The notes below the pieces were generated by a model. That model had not been told where the DNA came from. It saw only the letters and a program-made list of their open reading frames with translations, and did no database searches. The position numbers and the translations under genes were made by a program. Shown here piece by piece: positions 9,014 through 18,993 of a DNA stretch of 64,000 nt. Origin of the DNA: Verrucomicrobiales bacterium (GTDB lineage: Bacteria > Verrucomicrobiota > Verrucomicrobiia > Verrucomicrobiales > V1-33). The stretch's first letter is position 1, and each line of letters opens with the position of its first letter. The DNA lies in the NCBI GenBank assembly GCA_031411295.1, contig JANOAV010000157.1, positions 32,001 through 96,000 on the forward strand, given 5' to 3'.

Positions 9014-11890
9014 TTACCGCTGCCAGCGGTAAAATTTACGTGACTGATCCGTCGTAAGTGGCAGAGGATTCGGAGTGTTGGGGAGCGGTTGCCAGTTCGA
9101 TAGGGTATCGCTTGTTTGCAGGGTCCAGCGTGGATCCAGCCAGTAGAGGTAGTGTCTGCCAGCAGTGGTGCGGCCCAAGCCGGTCACGCCATCCGTGGGC
9201 GGATGATAGCTGGCGGTGAGTTCCAGATCAAACGACAGATCGCTGGAGGTGGCGTTAAATTGATGGACTTCCACTGCGATGACATTGTCCCCTTCCTGCA
9301 ATGCGGAAACGATGGCGGGGTCCACTTCAACGGGGTAGTAAGTAATTTCATCTGCTGCATCCACGGCGGTGGCAGCCAGGGTGGAATACCCAATAAATCC
9401 GCCCGTCGTGGCTCCGCTATCAATGTTACTGCGACCGACTTGTTGGCCATTCACATAAACGACGGCCCCGTCATCGCGCATAAGTTTAAGCGTGAGCGCT
9501 TTGATTTCAAAGGCGTTGGTGAGGTTGAAATGGCGTCTGAAATACACTGCCAGCGTTCGGTTGGTGCTGGAACCCTGCTCGGTGGCGGTTAGGGTGGTTC
9601 CAAGCGTGATGGGTGCGGTGGTGGGGCCTACGACCCCGAAGCCGATGGGGGCGGTCTTGTTGATATTCCAGTTCGTTTCCGGGTAGGGCAGTCCGCGCCA
9701 GTTGCCGCTGGGTTCGGCTCGCAAGGCTTGATAGAGCCATCCGCTGGCAGCTTTGGGGATGATGATGGCATCTGCCGGACTGGGTGGCGTGGCGTAGAAT
9801 GAAAGCTCCGTTCCCGTAACTTCGGCGTTCACGGGCTGCGTTAGGGAAAGTTGCAGGAATGAAATGGCGGCACTTGGCGTGATCGGCAGGGTGATTCGTT
9901 TGAGCGTTTCCCCAGGCGAAAAGGAAACGGTTCCGGTGGCAAGCACAGACTCGGTGGCCGCAGCGGGATCTGTTTTGCCGATAAGTTGGTAGGTCGCGCT
10001 AACTGGATTGGCGCTGAAGGTGGACAGCCGCAGATCGAACTGGCCAGGGTATTCCGTGATGGGCAGTTGCCGAGCCGTGCCAGTGATGGCGATACCGACT
10101 GGGCCACCGCCCGCTGGCATGAAGGCAGTCAAGCGCGTGGCATCGCTGGCGGGGTTCCACACGGCATTGCCGGAATGCAGCGGAGTGGCTTCGGTGAAGA
10201 GATTTCCCGTCACGGACATGCGATTGGTGCGATACGTCCACGAGGCCCATTCATAGCCCCAGACATCGTGAAAGGCATTGTAGATGCTGATGGAGTTCGT
10301 CACGGTCATCAGGCCTGTGTAGGTGGAGAACGTGGGCGGGCCATAGTTGTCGCCACTGCGGAATCCATTCATGCAGCCAACAGCCAGACAGTTGTCGGCC
10401 GAGGTATTGCAGGCATCGAAACCCTGTTCCAAACCCTGTCCACAATGGAAGTAGACCGTGTTGTGATTCTGTGAATTATGCCCCGCAGCCGCGGGCGAGA
10501 ATCCTTCGTGAAAGGTATTTTCCAACCAGCAGTCGCGCACGATAATATTTCCGGCCAGGCTGTCCAGTCCGTCGTCCTTGGTCTGAGCGACCACCAGACG
10601 TGTTAGGTTGTAAGTGCCAGCGTTCGGTTCCAGATAAAAACCATCGTTGTCTCCGTCCACGAAGTTCGTGGTGCTGTCGGGAATTTCGATCAGCCCGCAA
10701 CGGAGCACAGTGAAATTTCCATCGTTCATCTGGCCACCGGTCGTAACGCGCTGAATGAGGCAGTCGGTCAGGCTGAGCGTCCCGTTCTTGAGGTTGAAGG
10801 CTTGACCGGCATGAGCGGTGATGAAGCAATTCGTTAGACTGGCGTTGGCAGCGGTGTCCACCAGCACACAAGCCTGCTCCCGGCGGTGCGTGCCGTAGCC
10901 AGCGTGGGTGTTGAACCAGAGCGGATCCGCCCCACTGCCGGTAAAGATGGTTCCGGTGGCCGTTAGTCGTGAACCGCTGGTGGAAGTGAGCCGAATGCCA
11001 CCCCATGGCTGGCTGGCGTTGCTGGGAAGAAAGATGACGGGGTTCGTCAGGGTGCCGTTGAGGTTGATGGCAGCGCCATTGGCCACAATTTCCGCTGCGG
11101 CATCCAAGCGCACCACGGTGCCTGCGCCAATGGTTAGCACAGATCCTGGTGAGATGGTCAAAACGCCACTGAGATGAATCCGTGCGTTGCTGCCCCAATC
11201 CTGCGTGGCAATGGTGCCGGTCTTGTCGGTCCAGGTGGGATTGGCTTCGATGCTGATGGATTTGTCCGTGGTGTGCCCGGCAAGGGTCGCATCATAATGC
11301 AGGGTGCCGACGGTGGTGGCAGCGGGAAGAAAGGCCGATCCCCAGCCGCGAATCAGCCGCAGTGGTTGGCCCGGGAAATTGGCCGACTGCACGTTGCCAT
11401 TGAGCCAGAGCGGTTGGCCCGCACTGTTGCGCAAATAGGTGGCCACGGGGATGGGAAGTCCTGCGGGGAAACTAGCCGGGGCCACCACGGTCAGCGTTCC
11501 AGCTGTTAGCGCGCTGGGAGCATCATCCACCAGGGGAGGTGGCGTGAAGCTGGGGATGCCGTCTTCCGTGGTGATGCGAGCACTGTTGCGGACGATGAAT
11601 TTGAGCAACGCTGTTTCCACAGCCCCGCCAGCCGTCGGTTGCTTCTGCACGGCAAGCTCATGATAACGCACGCTGGAAATAGTCACGGGGCTGCCGATCG
11701 CCACACTGGTGCCGTCCACATTTGCCGTGGTGGTAAATCCTGCCTCGGCTGCAATCGTGAAGGTCACGCTATCATTGTAGCGCGATTGATTAGTTAGGCC
11801 AGTGACTGTAATCGTCGCCATGGCTGTCGATGTCTTTGCCAGCAAGGCCAGCGTCACCAACAGCGTTCGTAAAATGGCGGACGATTTCAT
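9014..11890 (-). CDS. Secreted protein: right-handed beta-helix region, Calx-beta-like domain and DDG-type beta-sandwich (carbohydrate-binding-like) domain
   Basis: Signal peptide MKSSAILRTLLVTLALLAKTSTAMA; GDNDGFY / DDGLD helix motifs; SFSPGETLKRI; YFRRHF..DDGAVVYVNG..NVIAVEVHQ. Confidence 0.75.
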   Translation of the reverse strand: MKSSAILRTLLVTLALLAKTSTAMATITVTGLTNQSRYNDSVTFTIAAEAGFTTTANVDGTSVAIGSPVTISSVRYHELAVQKQPTAGGAVETALLKFIVRNSARITTEDGIPSFTPPPLVDDAPSALTAGTLTVVAPASFPAGLPIPVATYLRNSAGQPLWLNGNVQSANFPGQPLRLIRGWGSAFLPAATTVGTLHYDATLAGHTTDKSISIEANPTWTDKTGTIATQDWGSNARIHLSGVLTISPGSVLTIGAGTVVRLDAAAEIVANGAAINLNGTLTNPVIFLPSNASQPWGGIRLTSTSGSRLTATGTIFTGSGADPLWFNTHAGYGTHRREQACVLVDTAANASLTNCFITAHAGQAFNLKNGTLSLTDCLIQRVTTGGQMNDGNFTVLRCGLIEIPDSTTNFVDGDNDGFYLEPNAGTYNLTRLVVAQTKDDGLDSLAGNIIVRDCWLENTFHEGFSPAAAGHNSQNHNTVYFHCGQGLEQGFDACNTSADNCLAVGCMNGFRSGDNYGPPTFSTYTGLMTVTNSISIYNAFHDVWGYEWASWTYRTNRMSVTGNLFTEATPLHSGNAVWNPASDATRLTAFMPAGGGPVGIAITGTARQLPITEYPGQFDLRLSTFSANPVSATYQLIGKTDPAAATESVLATGTVSFSPGETLKRITLPITPSAAISFLQLSLTQPVNAEVTGTELSFYATPPSPADAIIIPKAASGWLYQALRAEPSGNWRGLPYPETNWNINKTAPIGFGVVGPTTAPITLGTTLTATEQGSSTNRTLAVYFRRHFNLTNAFEIKALTLKLMRDDGAVVYVNGQQVGRSNIDSGATTGGFIGYSTLAATAVDAADEITYYPVEVDPAIVSALQEGDNVIAVEVHQFNATSSDLSFDLELTASYHPPTDGVTGLGRTTAGRHYLYWLDPRWTLQTSDTLSNWQPLPNTPNPLPLTTDQSRKFYRWQR

Positions 11891-11896
11891 GGAGCC

Positions 11897-12658
11897 TTAC
11901 TTTCTCCTCCGCGCCAGCAGGCCAAGGCCGAGCAGGCTGCTGAGGCCCATCATGCTGGGTTCTGGCACTGATGCGATATCCCAGGACATGGGGCCGATGT
12001 AGCCTGCTTGGCCCGAAGTGCCGTTGTTGGTGGAAGTGAGTTGGAAAGCATCACCTGCCGTGATGTTCGTGATATCGAAGAAATAGATCTCAGGCGTGCT
12101 GGTGCCAGCTGCTCCGCCGCGCAGGGAGATGGCGCCACTATCACCACCGCCGGGACCGGTTAGGCGATAGGTTTTATTGGTATCTGCGCCTGCTTCATCC
12201 GCACCCAGCGTGTCGCCAAAGACACCGACCCGCACGACCATGCCGGAATACGTGGAAGCGCTGCCTTCCATGCCAAAGGTGTAGATGGACGGGCCGCCAT
12301 AGATCAGGCCAGGAAAGTTGTCCCCGCCACCGGTGTTAATGTTATCAATAGACGGATAGCGGGCGTCGCCAGCGTATTGGCCATTGCCAACAGCGAGTCC
12401 CTGGTAGGACCAAGACAGCGTGCCGGATCCCGGCGCGCCCTGGCCTACGCCCACGTTTCCCCAGTCCACGGCCCCGATGCTGCTTCCGTAAATGTTGCTG
12501 CCTGTGATACTCATGGTTTTCGCCACGCCAGCGGTCTGCCAGCTCGTGGCTTCGGCTCCAGTGACAAAGCCAACATAGGTGATGGTGGCAGCTTGCGTAG
12601 CGTTGGCGAGACAACCGAACAAGAGGAGGGAGAGTGAGAGGGAGTAAGGGGGCTTCAT
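11897..12658 (-). CDS. PEP-CTERM sorting domain protein
   Basis: Signal peptide; C-terminus VPEPSMMGLSSLLGLGLLARRRK. Confidence 0.92.
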   Translation of the reverse strand: MKPPYSLSLSLLLFGCLANATQAATITYVGFVTGAEATSWQTAGVAKTMSITGSNIYGSSIGAVDWGNVGVGQGAPGSGTLSWSYQGLAVGNGQYAGDARYPSIDNINTGGGDNFPGLIYGGPSIYTFGMEGSASTYSGMVVRVGVFGDTLGADEAGADTNKTYRLTGPGGGDSGAISLRGGAAGTSTPEIYFFDITNITAGDAFQLTSTNNGTSGQAGYIGPMSWDIASVPEPSMMGLSSLLGLGLLARRRK

Positions 12659-12738
12659 GAGGATGTTGAGGATATAGTTATTATCAAACTATGATCTATC
12701 TTAAAAAGGAAACCGTGACCATGGTAGGAACGCAACAA

Positions 12739-15700
12739 TTACCGACTAGAATGCAACCGCCGCCGGCGTTCCCGACGCGCGATGACTCCCAGCAGGACCA
12801 ATCCACCCGCCGCTGCGCCCGGTTCCGGCACGGGGACGAGTTCATTGCCGATGAGACCGCCGCCGCCAGTGCCGATCAGGGACGCCGTATTGCCCACAGG
12901 ACCGCTGTAGAAATTCACGTTATTGAAATCAATTCCGGCCACGTTAGTAAAGGTGATTTTATCCGTCCCCAGCGTCCAGGGAGCCCCGGTGTAATTCCAG
13001 ACGTTGAGCATGGCAGACCAAGCGGTCACTGCGGTAAAGGTCAGCGTGCCCGTGCCCGCGGCAGTGTCAATGTTGGCCACGCCATTCACACTCAAGGCTC
13101 CGGTATTATTGCTGAAGCCGCCGGTGTTCAGCGTGGCTCCGGTGCTGAGATTAAGCGCGGCCGTGGCGGGGAGGGCATTCGTCACTCCCAGCAGCAAGGT
13201 GCCACCGTTGATGGTCGTAGCTCCCGTGTAAGTGTTGAGTCCCTCCAGCGCCATGGTGCCGGCCCCGGCTTTGATCAAACTGCCTGCGCCTCCTTGGGCC
13301 CGATCAATCAGTGGCGCAGAAACGCTGAAGTCGGTGGCGGCATCGCCCGTAACATTGGCCACATCAAACGTCACCCCGCCGACTTTCGTGAGATGGCTGC
13401 CGTTGAGCAGGGCCGCCGTGCCGGTGGTGTTAAACATGGAGGGTATGCTTCCGCTGACGATGACATCGCCCTTCAGACTCCAGGACTGCACGGAGGGGAA
13501 CGCCCCGTTGGCCGAAGTTAGCGTGCCACCATTGAGAGTAATACTGGGCAAAATATTAAACGGACCATTGCCGCTCGCTTGGGAACCAGGCACGGCCGCC
13601 AGGGTGCCGCCATTAATCACGAAATTTAGCTGGGGATTTGCCCCGTCGTTGCCGAGGATATCGTGTTGTTTAAATTCCAAACGTGCGCCCGCGCCCACCG
13701 TTATCGTGCGAGCCACGGTGGGGTTGCCCAAGGCGGAAGTCGTGGTGGCAGGGCCCAGCAGCCCGGCCGTCAGGGCCACGGTTCCACCGGTGATGTTCAC
13801 ATTACCGATGAAAGTGCTGGCATTGCTACTAAGCGTCAAGATACCGTTTCCGGTCTTCGTGATGCCACCGCCGCCGTTGAGCAGTGCTTGGGCAATCGTG
13901 ACATTGAATCCGTTGGTATTGACCGTGCCGCCACCTGCCTGGACGGTCGCTGCGGTAAGCCCTTGCAAGAAGGTGGTGCTGTTAGCGGTGGGGACCAACG
14001 TTCCTCCATTGAAATTGAAATTGGCCGTGCCGGAACCGTTCTTGGAAAGAATGGGGGTAGTGAGGGTGCCTCCATTCAGATTGTAAACGCCATGGTTAGG
14101 CCCGCCGCCGCCGAAGTTGATTCCGCCCGTAGTGGTGACCGTGCCGCCATTCTGCGTGTAAGTGCCAGTGCCGGTTCCTTCAGCATATCCGCCCAGGTAA
14201 ATGGTGCCATTCACCTGGAGGGCGCCAGCGGTGTGGGTGGCGGTGCTGGTGCTGCCATGGGCTCCGACGACGAATTGACCGCCGGCAGTAACGCTCCCCG
14301 CAGTCAGTTTGAAATTTGCCAAACCTATGCCAACGGCACCGATATCGATCAAGCCCGGCCCGGAAATGCTGCCGGCATTCACCTCAAGTGTGCCTTCATT
14401 CACCAGCGTGCTGCTGGTGTAGGTATTGGCAGCAGTGAGCACCATGGTGCCTGCCCCCGTCTTGCGCAATTGTCCTGCCCCCGTGCCTCCCGGCCGATCC
14501 ATGAGCGGAACGCTAACGGTCAGGTCAGCTGCGGATCCCGTTGAGCTTACGATGAAGTCGTTCGGCCCGGTCACGCCCAAGTGAACGCCCGTGAACGTGG
14601 TGCCAGTGGTATTGATGAAAGAGGCCCCGGTGCCAGAGACGGTAACGCTGCCCCGCAGGTTGAACGTTTGGAAACCAGCGTTGACGCCATTTCCACCGGT
14701 TAGGGTGGAACCATCGTTCAGCGTTACATTTCCCAAGGTGTTGAAGAACGTGCCATGGGACAAGGTGGCATTGTTGAGAATGATGGTGGCGGGCATGGAG
14801 GTGGTGGAACCGATGGTGTCACTGCTGCCAAAGGTTAGGCTAGTGCCCGCCGCCAGCGTGATCGTCTTGCCCACCGTGGTCATATTTCCCAGAGACGTGG
14901 CCGTGGGGGTGGCGGTGTTGGCGGAGCCTGATGTCAGAACCGAGCCACTGTTGATGACCACATTTCCAGTGAACGTGCTGGCGTTAGTGGCCAGAGTTAG
15001 TTGACCGTTGCCATTTTTCGTCAATCCGCCACCGCCACCGCCATTGAGCAGGGCCACGCTGAGGGTGGCGTTGAACGTATTCGTATCAATGATGGCACCG
15101 CCCGCCAGGACATTGCCAGTGAGCAAACTCGCAAATGCCAACTCGATGGCTGCTCCCGCGCGCAGCGTGCCTCCGCCGAAATTCACGGTAGCAGTGCTGG
15201 CTCCGGTGCCATTTGCGATGCTGCGCGCTGTTGTCAGGGTGCCGCCATTGAGATTGATCACACTGCCCGTTCCCCCATAGGGATTGAGCCACAGTCGGGT
15301 GCCATCCAGTGAACTGGCTCCCGTGCCAGCGGCCGCCACGTTGACGGCTCCACCATTGATAGTTAGGGTTCCTGAGCCTGCGGTGCCAGGAGCGCCAATC
15401 TTCCCACCGATCAAGGTTGCCCCCACCGTGGCGCCCGCTCCATTTCCGATGTTCAACGCAGCCCCAGAATTCACCACGACAGTTCCCGCCGTGCCGTTGC
15501 CCGATCCGATGGCGAAGACTCCATTGTTGGCAACAGTGACATTTCCGGAAATGTTCAACAGGCCGTTGTTGGTGGTGTTGATGAGATTCGTGGCATTAAG
15601 TCCGCCTGTGGAGGTAATGTCCAGCGTGCCTCCCGACACGAGGGTATTGCCCGGGTAGGTGTTCATGGCATTGAGCTGCATGGTGCCCGCACCTGTTTTG

Positions 15701-16299
15701 ATCAAGCCACTGCCCGAGCTGCTACCGTTATTGTTAAGCACCGCATTGACGATCAGATCTGCGGCCGCAGAGCTGGTAACATCGGCCACGTTGAAAGTCG
15801 TGTTGCCATTTGTGCCATGGCCCACGGAGACCGTTTCAAACCCATTAACCCCGCCCACTGCAATGGTGGAAACGGAGCTTCCGCCTACGGTTACAGTCCC
15901 CTTCAGCCCAAACGAGCCATAGGGATTGTTGACCCCACCATTTGCCAGCAGCGTGCCACCGTTCATGGTGAGATTCCACATGGTGTTGAAATTCCCGCCG
16001 CTCGCCAAAGTGCCACCACTGTTGATCGTGATCAGCGGTGAGGCGACAGTGCTCGCATCGCTAAACGTATCATTGCCGAAAAACGTCACCCTACCGGAAT
16101 TGATCGTGGCAGTGTCCGTGCTCAGCGTGGGGCCTGCTACCAGCCCTGGGTTCCAATGCAGGCTGTTCCAGAAATCCGTGCTACCATCCCAAATGTAATT
16201 GGTGGCGTGAGCCGTCGCTGGCAGCAACAGTAGCAGGGCCCAAAAGGGTTTGGACAATGCTGCTGCGGTGCCGCAACGAGATTTGAAGTGCTGGATCAT
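12739..16299 (-). CDS. Autotransporter-associated beta-strand repeat protein with PEP-CTERM anchor
   Basis: Repeated L(I/T/R)KxGxGTxxLxxxNT(Y/F)xG motifs; C-terminus VPEPGAAAGGLVLLGVIARRERRRR. Confidence 0.9.
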   Translation of the reverse strand: MIQHFKSRCGTAAALSKPFWALLLLLPATAHATNYIWDGSTDFWNSLHWNPGLVAGPTLSTDTATINSGRVTFFGNDTFSDASTVASPLITINSGGTLASGGNFNTMWNLTMNGGTLLANGGVNNPYGSFGLKGTVTVGGSSVSTIAVGGVNGFETVSVGHGTNGNTTFNVADVTSSAAADLIVNAVLNNNGSSSGSGLIKTGAGTMQLNAMNTYPGNTLVSGGTLDITSTGGLNATNLINTTNNGLLNISGNVTVANNGVFAIGSGNGTAGTVVVNSGAALNIGNGAGATVGATLIGGKIGAPGTAGSGTLTINGGAVNVAAAGTGASSLDGTRLWLNPYGGTGSVINLNGGTLTTARSIANGTGASTATVNFGGGTLRAGAAIELAFASLLTGNVLAGGAIIDTNTFNATLSVALLNGGGGGGLTKNGNGQLTLATNASTFTGNVVINSGSVLTSGSANTATPTATSLGNMTTVGKTITLAAGTSLTFGSSDTIGSTTSMPATIILNNATLSHGTFFNTLGNVTLNDGSTLTGGNGVNAGFQTFNLRGSVTVSGTGASFINTTGTTFTGVHLGVTGPNDFIVSSTGSAADLTVSVPLMDRPGGTGAGQLRKTGAGTMVLTAANTYTSSTLVNEGTLEVNAGSISGPGLIDIGAVGIGLANFKLTAGSVTAGGQFVVGAHGSTSTATHTAGALQVNGTIYLGGYAEGTGTGTYTQNGGTVTTTGGINFGGGGPNHGVYNLNGGTLTTPILSKNGSGTANFNFNGGTLVPTANSTTFLQGLTAATVQAGGGTVNTNGFNVTIAQALLNGGGGITKTGNGILTLSSNASTFIGNVNITGGTVALTAGLLGPATTTSALGNPTVARTITVGAGARLEFKQHDILGNDGANPQLNFVINGGTLAAVPGSQASGNGPFNILPSITLNGGTLTSANGAFPSVQSWSLKGDVIVSGSIPSMFNTTGTAALLNGSHLTKVGGVTFDVANVTGDAATDFSVSAPLIDRAQGGAGSLIKAGAGTMALEGLNTYTGATTINGGTLLLGVTNALPATAALNLSTGATLNTGGFSNNTGALSVNGVANIDTAAGTGTLTFTAVTAWSAMLNVWNYTGAPWTLGTDKITFTNVAGIDFNNVNFYSGPVGNTASLIGTGGGGLIGNELVPVPEPGAAAGGLVLLGVIARRERRRRLHSSR

Positions 16300-16414
16300 C
16301 TGCTTGAGGTGTGGAGAATATTAAACAATATATCTATAGCTCATGACAACCAATCACAATGGCTCATTCCCAACGGTTACCGATGAAAATCCACCAGCGC
16401 AGAGAACCTTGGCA

Positions 16415-17254
16415 TCACCGATTGGCGCGATATTCCTTTGGATTCATTCCCACCCAACGTTTGAACGCACGGGAGAAAACCAAGCCGTCAGAAAATCCGA
16501 CGCATTCAGCAATGACATCCAGCTTGTCGTTCGTCGTTTCCAGCAAGGTCTGCGCGTGTTGCATGCGCATGTAAGTCACTTGATGCATGGGGCTGCGGCC
16601 CATTTCCAGTTGGCAGCGTCGGCGCAAGTATTCTCCGCTGGCGTTGACGCATTTAGCCAAGCGCGACAGGGGCCAGGGTTCCGCCAATTTTCGCGCCACT
16701 TGATCCCACAGGGAAGCCAGTCGGTCATCTTTAGCGGTCGGTTGGGCGGCCCGCTGAGCGAAGGCTTGGATCAAACTCACCCAATGATGAATAATTTTAG
16801 GATCCTGGATGCCTGCCCACTCCGCCTTCAGCCCAGAGATACTCCGAGCCAATTCCTCCCCGCCAGCACTAGCACGCACCGGAGAAGCCGCCCCCACTAA
16901 CGATCTGACAAAATGCGGCTCCGTATAACGCAGCCAGGCAAAGCACCAGGGCTTGCCTGGCATGGCGTAAAATGCGTTCAACACCCGCGGCGGAGCCATG
17001 AACAGGCTGCCTGGACCCACGCGTTGCCATTTCCCATCCAATAGAATGCGCCCTTCGCCCGCCGTGGTCGCCAACAGAAAACTCCCGGCCGGCTGCATGC
17101 GAATGCGACGATACGGGGCCACCGCCTCCTCCAACCCCAACCGCGCCATCCGGTAGGAATTAAACTCCGCGCATTCATGATGCTCCAACACCCATCGCAC
17201 GGTTTTGGGACCGTCAATGGTGGTTTCACATAGGGGCGCGGATTCTGCTGACAT
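16415..17254 (-). CDS. AraC-family transcriptional regulator
   Basis: C-terminal double HTH: IAECVGFSDGLVFSRAFKRWVGMNPKEYR. Confidence 0.93.
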   Translation of the reverse strand: MSAESAPLCETTIDGPKTVRWVLEHHECAEFNSYRMARLGLEEAVAPYRRIRMQPAGSFLLATTAGEGRILLDGKWQRVGPGSLFMAPPRVLNAFYAMPGKPWCFAWLRYTEPHFVRSLVGAASPVRASAGGEELARSISGLKAEWAGIQDPKIIHHWVSLIQAFAQRAAQPTAKDDRLASLWDQVARKLAEPWPLSRLAKCVNASGEYLRRRCQLEMGRSPMHQVTYMRMQHAQTLLETTNDKLDVIAECVGFSDGLVFSRAFKRWVGMNPKEYRANR

Positions 17255-17338
17255 GGTGGACTTTTGAATCCGGAAGGTGCGTCATGCAAGCGATTGCAGC
17301 AGTCCAACGGAATGCTTCCACGTTCTAGTTGCGGCAGT

Positions 17339-18739
17339 TCACACGGCCAGGTCCTCGGCGGGATAAGTCCAGATCTCCGACAGGGTCGGATGATAATGGG
17401 GAATACGCGCCAAGTCTTGGGCAGTGCCGTGGTAATGCATGGCTACCGCGATTTCATGGATCAGGCTGGCAGCCTCAGGTCCAATCACCGCGCCACCAAG
17501 GATTTCTCCGGTGCTGGCGCGCGTGATCAACTTCACAAACCCTTCGGTTTCTCCCATCACTAGTGATTTCCCATGGTCATTGAAGGGATACGTGGCCACC
17601 CCAATCGCCTCTCCAGTGGCGCGTGCTTCCACCTCCGTTAGCCCCACTTGCGCCACTTCGGGTCGGGTGAAGAGGACGAACAATTTCAAACGATAATCCA
17701 TGTCTTCCAGGCCCTCATGCGCCTGGCGATGGGTGCGGAGGATGTTACGCACGGCCACTTCCGCCTGCTGAATGGCCAAATGCACGATCTCATAGGGACC
17801 ACAGACATCACCTGCGGCATAAATGTGCGGCACCGTGGTTTGTTGGGTGGGACGAACGGTCAGTTTCTCGTTGGCTAAGTCCATCCCCGTGGCCTCCAGT
17901 CCGAGATTGGAGAAATTCGGACTCCGACCTAACGCATGGAAAATTTCTTCCGCCTCGATCTCCTGCGCGTCACCCTTGACCGTAAATGATAATTTCTTGC
18001 CAGTTGCAGTGCCTGCAGCACTCCCCAGAGTCACTCCGGTGCGAATCGTGATCCCTTTAGCCTCCATCGCTTCGCGCAGACAGTTGGCTACGTCTGCATC
18101 CGAGCCCTTGAGGAGTTGGCCGCTGCGTTGCAGAATCGTGACCTTGGTGCCCAAGGCGCTAAAATAATGCGCAAATTCCAAGCCGATGGCACCTGCTCCC
18201 AGCATGATCAGGGACTTCGGTAGCTTAGCTAATTCAAGCGCGGTATCGCTATGCAAATAACCAATCTCCGCCAAGCCGGGCACCGGCGGAGGGTTCAACT
18301 TGCTGCCCGTGGCTAGGAGGAAATTTTGTCCTCGCAGACGGGTGATATCACCCTCTTGAGAAGTGACCTCCAAAGTGTGAGGATCAACGAACACACCTCG
18401 ACCACGCACAAAAGTAAACGGACCATTTTCAATCTGTCCTCTGCGATAATCCGCAAAGTCTGCCACATGGCGGCGTTTCCGCTCGACCAAGGTCGGCAAA
18501 TCCAATGCCACCTCCGAGGCCGTAATCCCGAACTCCGCAGCTTCATGCAGCAGTTGCAGACGGTTCGCCCCGGCCAGCAGCGCTTTGCTAGGCATGCAGC
18601 CGCGCAAAATACAGAGCCCACCCAGTTCGCTGGCTCCATCCACCAGCGCCACCCGCAGGCCAGAACGCGCGGCTAGGGCGGCTCCATTATAACCTGCGCT
18701 GCCGGCTCCGATGACGATAAGATCAAATTCAGTTTCCAT
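17339..18739 (-). CDS. Pyridine nucleotide-disulfide oxidoreductase, dihydrolipoamide dehydrogenase family
   Basis: IGAGSAG FAD motif, GGLCILRGCMPSK redox disulfide, GAGAIGLE, C-terminal HPTLSE. ATG at 18739 preferred over GTG at 18757. Confidence 0.88.
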   Translation of the reverse strand: METEFDLIVIGAGSAGYNGAALAARSGLRVALVDGASELGGLCILRGCMPSKALLAGANRLQLLHEAAEFGITASEVALDLPTLVERKRRHVADFADYRRGQIENGPFTFVRGRGVFVDPHTLEVTSQEGDITRLRGQNFLLATGSKLNPPPVPGLAEIGYLHSDTALELAKLPKSLIMLGAGAIGLEFAHYFSALGTKVTILQRSGQLLKGSDADVANCLREAMEAKGITIRTGVTLGSAAGTATGKKLSFTVKGDAQEIEAEEIFHALGRSPNFSNLGLEATGMDLANEKLTVRPTQQTTVPHIYAAGDVCGPYEIVHLAIQQAEVAVRNILRTHRQAHEGLEDMDYRLKLFVLFTRPEVAQVGLTEVEARATGEAIGVATYPFNDHGKSLVMGETEGFVKLITRASTGEILGGAVIGPEAASLIHEIAVAMHYHGTAQDLARIPHYHPTLSEIWTYPAEDLAV

Positions 18740-18844
18740 GTGATCCGCAGCTTGCACGGCCCAGCGATCTTTGCATCTGAATTCGCTGGTGCCATTGCTC
18801 TGGTTTTCGGTTGGTGGGTTGCACCGAATCCCGTCAAGAGAGCC

Positions 18845-18967
18845 GTGGCATGGGCGTCCCGCCCATCAGCCCCTCCATGCAGGCGGCAGGCCTAGCGATT
18901 CCGTCCGTGCTAGGGAATTGCTAGTGAGCCGCCTACCCTGGGCTTACGGGCGAGACGCCCGTGCCAC
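18845..18967. repeat. REP doublet / REPIN-like long imperfect hairpin
   Basis: GTGGCATGGGCGTCCCGCCCAT (18845-18866) is an inverted near-copy of ACGGGCGAGACGCCCGTGCCAC (18946-18967). Each arm has an internal palindrome, and the inner arms GGCGGC..CTAGCGATTCC / GGAATTGCTAG..GCCGCC also pair. Confidence 0.8.
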
Positions 18968-18993
18968 AGATGGAGGATTCCGAATATCCAACG

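Noticed and set aside
17339..18739. Mercuric reductase (merA) or definite lpdA call
   Set aside because: No C-terminal Cys-Cys pair and no mer genes; no adjacent E1/E2 genes to confirm an E3 role.
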